From the NCBI GenBank assembly GCA_026770705.1, contig JANJGN010000020.1, forward strand, positions 66,216,001 through 66,280,000: 64,000 nucleotides of DNA, in the 5' to 3' direction. Origin of the DNA: Isurus oxyrinchus (Eukaryota). Below are positions 50,133 to 59,789 of the stretch, piece by piece (within the stretch, counting starts at the first letter, position 1; the number at the start of each line of letters is the position of its first letter). Both the position numbers and the translations under genes were made by a program. The notes under the pieces were generated by a model. It saw only the letters and a program-made list of their open reading frames with translations, was not told where the DNA came from and did no database searches.

Positions 50133-53100
50133 CACGGAGAAGATGTAGTTGCACAGCCTGGGAACAGTTGTTAATCACTTGTACCTAATGTTCACTGTTG
50201 TAAATAAACTCTCAAGAATGTTACCTTGCCTATGGCACTGTGTTATGAGCAGTGTTTGTGTCACTCAGATGTGAAACCTTGGTTCCTGCAGAAGATAAAG
50301 GCAGGTGTCCCAGTCCAGGGCCTCTTCTCTGTGTGGTGTGTAACCTTCAGACCAAATTGATGGTCTGGCTTCACATTCACTGAACACATTACTGATGCCT
50401 GCACCTCGATGGTGCTCATCATTGCTGCCAGAATGTCATGGCCAGGAGCCACAGAATTACATAATTCTCTCTGTGTGCTCTCAGCACCTTTGAGGTGGGG
50501 CTGACCTGCTCCACCCACCTTTCCAGCATCTGAGACTGGTGACACTGTGCTCCTGAAAGGATCAGGTACTGAAGGCTGACAAAGGATCAGATGCCTTTCA
50601 AGTTTCACAGCTGCGTGTCCATGATGTGATCCTGATCACAGAGCGCAGGCGAGCTGCCCTCAGCCAAGTAGGGGTCAGACATTCACAGAGACAATGTGAA
50701 GATCTGTGGAGCGCCCTCACTGCATGTTGTCATCATCCTCCTGGAATCTAGCGACTATTAGGACCTCCACGACATGACCCAGAGCACTGAGGGTATGTCC
50801 ACTGCCATCAGCCAAACAGGAGTCAAAAATTCATAGATGCAAGTGAGGATGTCAGGACTGTCCTCAATGCATCTTGTTGTCATCCTCCATGAATCTTGTG
50901 GCTATGAGTGCCTCCCGAGCGCGCCTGCCTCACCTGACCAGTGCAATGGTCTCATCGTCGGTATCCTTGCTGTCAAGGACCTCACCATCATCGCCTTCAG
51001 CATTCTCCTTGTCGGAAGATTCGTGCAGCTCCTCCACCTCCTCCTCAGCCAGGTGTCCCCCACCCCCTCATTGCAGCGGCAGATTGTGAAGCTCGCAGCA
51101 AACGCAATGATGCATGAGACACTCAGTGGACCCTACTGCAGTGCTCCACCGGACCTGTCGCAGCACCAGAACCTCATTTTCAAATGCCTATTGTTTCCTC
51201 CAAAGTCCAGGTCATGGCATGAGCCTCGTTATGCCGTTGCTCTGCTGCAGTCTGAGGCTGCATCAGCCATGCCCTCTCTGGGTAGCCCTTGTCCCCGAAG
51301 ATCCAACCCTGCAGCCTCCCTGGACCCGGAATATGTCAGGGATCTGAGACCTGCTATGGATGTAGGAGTCATGGACATTTCCTGGGAATCATGCATAGAC
51401 CTGTAGGTTGCACACCAGCTGAAAATTCAGCGAATGGAAGCCCTTGTGGTTGACGTAGTTGTTTGTTGCCACAGAGATCTAAGCGCCACATGAGTGCAGT
51501 CGATGGCACCCTGAACCTGTGGAAAACCAGAGATCCGCGCAAATCCCAGCGCTCTTATTTCCTGGCTTTCCTGATCTCGGACGAAATGCATAAAGTTCAG
51601 TTCCTTCGCGAAGGTGGCATTCATGACCTCTGTGATGCACTTGTGCATGGAGGCTTGTGAGATTCTGTACAGGTCACCTGTTGAGCCCTGGAAAGAGCCA
51701 CTCACCTAAAGATTGAGCGCTGTGGTCACTTACATGGCCACTGGCAGTGGATGCCTGCCATGACCCTGTGGCGCCAAACCCTGCGGCAGGTGGAGTATGT
51801 GACTGACCAGCCCACTAGACATGCTCAGTCTTCACTGACATTGATTCTCAGTCATCTGCAGGAATGACAGGTGCCGTCTATAGACCCTAGGTCTAGCAAT
51901 GTGCCTACAACGATGACTCGCTGTGGATCTTCAGCTGCGTGTGCAGCAGGCCGTGCTGCCCTCTCATCCTGAGGGAGGTGCTCCCTTTGCTGACCCAGGA
52001 CCTCTGCCACTCTCCTTCTCTAGTGTTTGTAAGCCATGAGGCATACTGCTAAATCACCAGGCTCCATGATCCTGATGCCCTGCTCCTGCAGAATCAGAGA
52101 GAGACGAGTGGGTTAGCATAGGCGTAACAGGAGCCTCTCTTGGTTAAATCTGAAGGCCCTTCATGCATGCAGGTGAGTGCTGGCCACCACTTGGATGGCC
52201 AATGTGTAGTGCGCTCATTGGCTGTCCGAATCCCCACCCACCTCTGCCCCACTCCACTTGACCAGTAGGTGGCAGCTTTGGCCATTGGACTACATGCTGT
52301 GCTCTCAGCTCAGGCACAGGCATTCTCCTAACCCACACTGCAAGACTGTGTTATTAAGCTGGAACCATGATGGATTCTGGTCCAAACATTAATAAAGACA
52401 TTGCAAGGGGCTGTGAGTGCCTCCACCACTGACTGCTCCACGGCCACTTTTCACAAGGGGATTTTACAACTTGCCCAGTCGGCCAATTGCTCTGCTGCCC
52501 CCCAAAATGTATATTAATTTGCAGTCTGTGTGCACAAGGTGAAAAGTTCTGGAACATTTGATGGTGCTTTCATCTTTTGCATTGCTTGAATGGGCAGAAA
52601 AGCTTCAGCGGCCCGACTCCAACCGTGTACAATGGCCTCAGCTGTGAAAGAGTGCTCACTTTTGACAAGCTTTTCCAAGTACATGGCCACTTCCCTCACC
52701 CCGCACTTCCCCAACCCACCTACACGTGCTTGAGTATTTCCTTCCGTCTGTGCTACCTTGCCCTTTACCGTCACCTCCTCCCCACCCCCAGCTTGACCCG
52801 CACTGGAGCCCTTGCCCCAGCACCGCACTGAAAGCCAGCTGGGAAAAAGCCTGTGTCCCCCACGAATGCGCAGTGCCTCTTCTTTGATGTTGAGCGGGCA
52901 ATGCTCACGAGCGCTGTGTAAGGTTGTGTGCACTCCTCCAAGTTCCTTCAAAGTTCAGGTCACCAGGTGCACACCTTTTAAAGGCAGTGGTGAAGCGCGC
53001 TGTGCTGAAGTCACAGTCATGTGGGTGGTATATTTGACGTGGGGGACTGATTCCGGTGAGCGGGGCTTATAATTAGATGCAAATGTATTAAACTGACGTT

Positions 53101-53311
53101 CCCAGTGTGCAGTCGTGGGAAACACAGCTCGCCATCGACGGGTGGAGGATGACGGCATGTTGTTTCCACAGTCCCGCCCGCTATGATGCCTGACGCCAAC
53201 GGGGGCTGGAAAATTCCGGCCGCAGTGTTTAGTTTTGTTGATGGGTGTTTGTTGCTCAAGTTAACTGTGCAATTCAGGTTCTGAACCTAACTTCTCCTAT
53301 TTTATTTTTAG

Positions 53312-53391
53312 GGTGATAAAGACCGTCCAGTGTTTGCAGTGTCTGGACTGCGATGGGGAGCGTACAGGGATGCATCTGCTAAACTCACCAA
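53312..53391 (+). CDS. AGK: AGK coding exon (80 nt)
   Basis: tttttag acceptor, gtaaga donor; GDKDRPVFAVSGLRWGAYRDASAKLT(K). Confidence 0.95.
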
Positions 53392-53924
53392 GTAAGAGAG
53401 ACAGTAAGAGAAAAGCGTAAGAGAAGCATTAAAAAGCACAGTGTAAAAGACAGGCCTCGGCCGTGAATGCTTCACCTTAAAGCTTAAAAAGTATCCGAGA
53501 CTGGAAAATACCCTGTGTCTATAATAACTCTAGAGTACTGCTCACAATCAGCAGCTAATTTATTCTGGTGCTGACATCTTTCATCAGTATCTGCACCCTG
53601 TCATTTTGAACACAGTGATAAAATAAGTGTATATAAATAAAAGAAAAGAACAGCCAGACACTCATGGCAAAATCAATTAGCCTTATAGTGATTGTACATA
53701 TTTCGCAACCATGATTCCACAAACTGCATCACCTCAGCACTGCCAGAAGGGTGAGGTGCCAATTGAAAGAGAATCAATTCCACATATAAATGGTGCAAAT
53801 ATGTGAATATTATGCATGAGCCAGAGCTGCAGTGGCTAGTTATCAGAAAGGCCGATGACAAAGTGTCTGGCAGATTCCTCACAAATTAATCTCTTGACCC
53901 TGCAATGTGATATTGCATGAAAGA

Positions 53925-54230
53925 AGAGAACTTAAGAATGTAAAAAATAGGAGCAGGAGTATGGCATTCGGCCCCTTGAACCTGCTCCACCATTCAATAA
54001 GATCATGGCTGATCTGGTTGTGGCCTTAACTCCACTTTCCTGCCTGTCCCTTGTAAATCAAAAACATCTCTAACTCAACCTTGAATGTATCCAATGATCC
54101 AGCCGCCACTGCTCACTGGAGAAGAGAATTCCAAACACTGAGAAGAAAAGTTCCTTCCCCCCTTTTAAATTCCTGTTTAAGATGGGAGACCCCTTATTTT
54201 GAAACTGTGTCCCCTAGTTCTAGATTCCAC
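53925..54230 (-). mobile_element. CR1 3'-end fragment
   Basis: Reverse-complemented CR1 3' UTR similar to 4860-5180. Confidence 0.75.
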
Positions 54231-54527
54231 AAGAGGCTAAAAATAATGGAGATTTAAGATGGGGCAAAAACAAATTCATTTTCACATTTACAAGTATAAA
54301 GCAAAGCATTAGTTTTCTGCATTACAGCAGTGACTACATTTTCAAAAGTATTCTAAAATTGGTTGTGAAATGCTCTGGGACATGCAGAGGTCCTGAAAGG
54401 TGCCATATAAATGCTGTGGAAGAGTGAATGTGTCCACTCTTTACTGTAGCCTGGTTCCTGTTGTTCCCGGTGCTTTATCATGAGTATTTCATCTGTTCAG
54501 TTGTGCTTCAATTTTATCCTTCTGCAG

Positions 54528-54585
54528 GTATTGGTATCTAGGTCCTCTCAAAGACAAGGCATGTCATCTGTTCAGCACATTTAAG
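54528..54585 (+). CDS. AGK: AGK coding exon (58 nt)
   Basis: ctgcag acceptor, gtgagt donor; YWYLGPLKDKACHLFSTFK. Confidence 0.96.
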
Positions 54586-54882
54586 GTGAGTGATTGTTTT
54601 TAATGTAGAGATTTTTTAATCCTCCTATTGTTTGGGTTTTGATGGTATTATTGGCAGCGTACAAACGTGAAAGGCCTCATACATATCTTATGCACTTGGC
54701 AAAATTATACTCTTAACAAGGCACTTTTTCAAAGGTTTACATTGATGAGATTGGACAGCCCCTTCTTCCCCTAACTTAGAGCCTAGACCGAAAGAACTGG
54801 TTCACCCATTATTCTCTTGATTGCTACGTTAACTAGAATGAGTGACACTTAACATTTAGGTGGGGCAGATAAGAACAAATTA

Positions 54883-55254
54883 CAGTAAAATTCCTGTTAT
54901 TCCAGCACTCTTCTAACTGGAATTCCCTATTAACTGGAATTCTGGGGTCGGATCTATTTTTGACTGGAGATGTCAAACTCTCAGGTAGTTGTTCTTGGTG
55001 GCCTGCCCTTGCTCTGGTTTCAGCCACCCACTTTTCTGCAGGACCATGTTCTCTCGGTGCTGCTCATTCAATTTGCTCACTGCATCCCCCACCCCCACGT
55101 CCATACTTGTGAGTCCTCAACACCTGCGTGATCAAACTGGAGCTTTATGATCGGATGAAAACGTGGAACTCACCTTACGCCTTAGTTAGCTGGTGTATTT
55201 GATTAACCGTTGCTTCCTGTTCCTAGAGTGTGCTGGATAACGGAGATTTTCCTG
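54883..55254. mobile_element. Tc1/mariner-pogo (Tigger-like) MITE
   Basis: TA on both sides; left TIR CAGTAAAATTCCTGTTATTCCAGCACTCT vs reverse-complemented right end CAGGAAAATCTCCGTTATCCAGCACACTCT. Confidence 0.75.
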
Positions 55255-55379
55255 TACTTTTGACTTATCCTGCCTGAATCTGATGGATCAATAACAGAAA
55301 CAGCTGTTTAGAAAAAAGAAAATAAATCTGATTGTAGGGAGGCAGTTTAATAATACAAATCAAAATTGTAGTACGTGTA

Positions 55380-55738
55380 TGAAAATCCCTCCATGACCTC
55401 ACCACTCTCTATATATGTAACCTCCTCCAGCTTCTACACCCTTTTGTATCCTCTGTTTCTCCAATTCGAGCTTCTTGTGCGTCCCCCACTTCCTTTGCTG
55501 CACCGATGTCTTCAGCTGTCTAGGCCCTAAGCTCAGGAATTCCACATGTGAATCTTTTTGCCTCCAGCTCTCCCTCTTTTAAGCTGCTACTTAAAACCAA
55601 TCTCTTTGACCAAGCATTTGGTCACCAGTCCTAATGTCTCAACTTTGGCTCATTGTCAATTTCTGTCTGATTATGCTACTGTGAAGCATTTTGGGATGAT
55701 TTACTTCTGTAAAGATGCTTTAAAAATGCGAGTTGCTG
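55380..55738 (+). mobile_element. Old L2-type LINE 3' end
   Basis: ..cttcagctgtctaggccctaagctc..ttaaaacc..ctctttgaccaagc..gtgaagcattttgggatg..taaa tail. Confidence 0.6.
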
Positions 55739-55865
55739 TTTACATTTAATTGTATTTGAAGGTTTGGATCAGGTTTCTTGAGACCACAATGTTGTATTGG
55801 CTTCTAACCGGAGCCAAATGCAGCCATTGTTAATTGCAGGCTGTATGCCTGTGTTTACTATCTAG

Positions 55866-56013
55866 GAATGGCCACCAATCCGCCAGACCTCCATCGCATA
55901 TCTCGGCCCCACAGAAAGACTACCAGAGCAATCAGAAGAGAAACCACCAAGGCCCAATCTGTGGCAACGGATATTAAGGAGGCTGGAATTATACTGGGCA
56001 ACCCCCAAAGAGG
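55866..56013 (+). CDS. AGK: AGK coding exon (148 nt; equivalent to human exon 12)
   Basis: tctag acceptor, gtaagg donor; EWPPIRQTSIAYLGPTERLPEQSEEKPPRPNLWQRILRRLELYWATPKE. Confidence 0.94.
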
Positions 56014-56181
56014 GTAAGGTGGCTTGAATGCTTTAAATCTTATTGTTCCTTTTAGTACTGATGAGGTATTGTCATCTTGCTATGTTTACATGTTATTAAT
56101 TATATATGCTATTCATTTTTTGTACTTTGGGTCAAAGTGCAGGTGCTGAATATCCTTGCTTTGTTATAGATTCGCACCTTC

Positions 56182-57220
56182 CAGCATGGTCCAACCTTTT
56201 TGCATGAGGGGCCACATTTCAATTTTTTCCTGACTCAAGTGGCCAATGATCAAATTTCAGAAAGTTAAAGTTTGGCACAAAATTAAACATGAATTTCAAA
56301 AAAAAAAGAAAAGAAACAGCTTTCTGAGCAAAAATCAAAAATGTCGAAGCAATAAATTGATCATTTTTAAAAATGACTAATTAATAAAGATGACCATTAG
56401 AGAGTGGGTGCGTGTCCGGCTCACACTCAGCCTCGGGGTGCTCACTCACTCACCCTCACCCACTGTGTGAGTGGCGTCAGAGTGTGTGTTGGTGTTTGGG
56501 GTTGAGGGTGAGTGAGAATCCTGAGATTGGAAGTGAGCCAGACACATAACACACAATCTCACACANNNNNNNNNNNNNNNNNNNNNNNNNNNNNNNNNNN
56601 NNNNNNNNNNNNNNNNNNNNNNNNNNNNNNNNNNNNNNNNNNNNNNNNNNNNNNNNNNNNNNNNNNNNNNNNNNNNNNNNNNNNNNNNNNNNNNNNNNNN
56701 NNNNNNNNNNNNNNNNNCACATTGTCTCACATACTCATTCACTCTCTCACACTCTCACTCATTCTCTTGCACAAACTCACTCTTTCACACAAATTTACTC
56801 ATGCCTGCCCGGCCCAGGAGGTTTGGAGGTTAAAACACTGTGGAGAGGTTCAGGATGGCTGTGAAAGTGCCAAGACTCTTCCTCCCCGCCCTTGTCTAGC
56901 ACTCGAGCTGTCCTGGGTCCCACTATTGCTGCAACTGCCACTCCACCATCTTGACTCCTGTATACTCCTGTATACCTTTAGGGATTTTGTCTCCCCCCCG
57001 CCCCCCCACACAACCTTTCCCCTACTCCCAGAAACAGCCTCTCAGTACCCCCTCCCTGCCCCCTCCCAGAGCAGACAGTCTCTCTTCCCCTGTCCCCGCT
57101 CCCCACCCCCAGCACTCACTAGTGAGCCTTTCAGCATCAGCTCCTTGCAGATTCTTTCACTTGCACTTACCAGTATTCTGTACACCGAATAGAGAGGCAT
57201 GGTGGGCCTGATTGTGGCCC
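56182..57220. mobile_element. Possible hAT (Charlie-like) non-autonomous element spanning the assembly gap
   Basis: Starts CAGCATGGTCCAACCTTTT..GGGCCACATT; ends ..GGGCCTGATTGTGGCCC where it is cut by a CR1; right TIR not seen. Confidence 0.4.
56566..56717. other. Assembly gap (152 N) within CA-rich sequence
   Basis: Run of n characters. Confidence 1.
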
Positions 57221-57221
57221 A

Positions 57222-59760
57222 AGGAATTCCAAAGATTCACAACTCTCTGAGTAAAGAAACTTCTCCTCATCTTGGTCCTAAGTGGGCTTCCCCCTTATTT
57301 TGAAATTGTGCCCCCTAGTTCTAGACTCCCCAACTAGGGGAAACATCTTACCTGTATCTACCCTGTCTATTCCTTTAAGTATTTTGTAGATTTCAATGCG
57401 ATCACCTATCATTCTTCAAATTCTCTTCGAAACTCTGAAGAATACAGCCCCAGTTTCCCCAATCTCTCTTCATAAGACAGTCCCGCCATTCCTGGAACAA
57501 GTCTGGTGAACCTTTGTTGCACTCTCTCAATGGCAATAATATCCTTTCTGAGGCAAGGGGACCAAAATTGCACACTGTACTTCAGGTGCAGTCTACCCAA
57601 GCTTCTATACCTTTTTGGGATTTTTGTACCTTGAAGGAATGTATAGGTGCTGTAAGTTATGTAAGAGTTCTTTGAAGACTATCCATTGCCTATGTACAGT
57701 CATACCTTTTAATGTATTTTCCCAATCCACCTCAGCCAATTTGTCCCTCATGCCTTCGTAATATCCTTTATTCAACTTTAGCACCCTTGCTTCAGAGTGA
57801 ACTGCCTCACTTTCAAACATAATGTAAAATTCTATCAGATTGTGGTCACCTATCCCTAAAGGTTCTTTTACAACAAGATTATCAATTAACCCTTTTTCAT
57901 TTCATAACTCCAGATCTAAAATAGTCTGTCCTCCAGTCGGCTCCTCAACATACTGCTCTAGAAAACCATCCTTAACACTCCAGAAACTCGTGTTCCACAG
58001 CATTAATGCTCAATTGGTTTACTCAGTCTATATGCAGATTGAAGTCACCCATGATTACTGTATTGCTGGTGCTACATGCTTCTCTCATCTCCTGATTAAT
58101 ACCATGCCCCACATTACCACTACTGTTTGGTGGCCGATAAACAACTCTAACCAATGTCTGCTGCCCTTTGCTGTTTCTTAGCTCCACCCACAGATTCCAC
58201 ACATTGTTCTTCCGATCTGAGATCCTCCCTTATCCCATTCCTTATTATCAGCACAACTCCATCTCCTTTCCTTTCTTGTCTGTCCTTCCTAAATGTCAAA
58301 TATCCTTGAATATTCAGTTCCTAGTCTTGGTCACCATGCAGCCATGTTTCCATAATGGCAATTATACCCATTTACCTCTATTTGTGACTTTTGATCATAT
58401 ACCTTATTGTGAATGCTGCGTGTATTCAGGTAGAGTACCCTTAACTTTGTCTTTTTGACAGCATTTCACATTCCAATCATACTCAATGACCTGCTTTGTT
58501 CCTCCTGCCTTCTGGTCTCACCACTACTTACTGTTACCAATTTTACTTTCTTCCACTTTGGGCCACCTCTCAGCTTCCCCGCTCCCCCACCGCGCCCAAG
58601 CTAGTTTAAACCCACCCCAACAGCACTAGCAAGACTCCCTGCATGTATATCAGTCCCAGTCCTGTTAAGGTGTAACCCAACCAACTTGTACAGGTCCCAC
58701 CTGCCCCAGAACCAGTCCCAATGCCTCAGCAATCTGATGTCCTCCTTCCTACACCAGTTCTCCAGACATATTTAATTGACCTATCCTATTCCTATGCTCA
58801 CTAGCACATGGCACTGGGAGTAATCCTGAGATTACTGCTGCTGAGGTCCTGCTTTTTAATTTCCTTCCTAACTCCCTGAAATCTGCTTTCAGGACCTCAT
58901 CCCTCTTCCTGCCTACGTCATTGGTAACAATGTGGACCACGACTTCTAGCTGATCTCCCTCCCCCTTAAGGAGGTCCTGCAGTTGCTGCGTGACATCTTT
59001 GACCGTGCCGCCAGGGAGGCAACACACCATCCTAGAGTCACGTTTACTGTCGCAGAAACACATGTCTGATCCCCTGACTATGGAATCTCCTATCATTATT
59101 GCCCTTCCATTCTTCTTCCGCCACCCCCCACCCCACGCCACCTCCTGTTTAGCTGAGCCGCCTGTGGTGCCACAGGCTTGGCTCTGGCTGCACTCCCCTG
59201 AGGAACCATCCAAAATGGAAAGCTGATGAGCTAGCAGGATAGACTCAGGGGGCTCCTGAACTACCTGCCTGGTTTTCTTAGACTGCCTAGCGGTCACTCA
59301 TTCCCTCTCCGGCTGTATGCTTCTGATCTGTGGTGAGACCACTTTCCTAAATGTGCTATCCACGTAGTCCTCTGCCTCGCAGATACACAACAGTGACTCC
59401 AGCCACCACTCAAGTTCTGAAACTCGGAGCTCAAGTTTGTGCAGCTGGTGACACTTGGTGCAGATGTGTTTGTCTGGGACACATGGTGTGTCCACAACTT
59501 CACACATACCACAGGGTGTACACTCCGCTTGGCAGAGTTGACCTGCCATCCCGTAACTCTCAAAACTATTTATTATAGTTGGAGTAAGTAGAATTACTAG
59601 TACCTTAACTTTACTACACTTATGCTAACTTTATCTTAATTTGGTTTACTTTATTACTTCATTTCACTTTGACTTGATTTAATTTTACTTCCCTATTTTT
59701 ATTTAAACACACTCCCCAACAGCAACTTCTCACTAACCAATGAACTTAGAGTTCTCCTGT
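57222..59760 (-). mobile_element. CR1 LINE with 5' UTR, ORF1 and endonuclease, with a large internal RT deletion at ~57600
   Basis: ORF1 zinc finger/zipper 59549-59298 and esterase GDSIVRG (58749-59297); endonuclease region ~58430-57600 fused directly to RLHLKYSVQFWSP C-terminal segment. Confidence 0.88.
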
Positions 59761-59789
59761 GTTGTCACTCCTAGATTTTTTTTTCAAAC

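Larger units (their letters stand above)
48121..53222. mobile_element. PIF/Harbinger DNA transposon copy 1 (decayed): Myb/SANT ORF on +, transposase on -, convergent
   Basis: Myb/SANT exon 48397-48637 (APKFSDVSLGCLL..AWDVVAEIISA..KRINDL|gtaagt), C-terminal part 48840-49463; transposase ~50850-52067 on - (GFPQVQGAIDCTHVAL, GDKGYP); right end ggctggaaaattccggcc; left end degraded. Confidence 0.85.

Noticed and set aside
52500-52960. Possible third ORF in Harbinger copy 1 (145 aa, - strand)
   Set aside because: No recognisable domain, and the region is not clearly present in copy 2 for comparison
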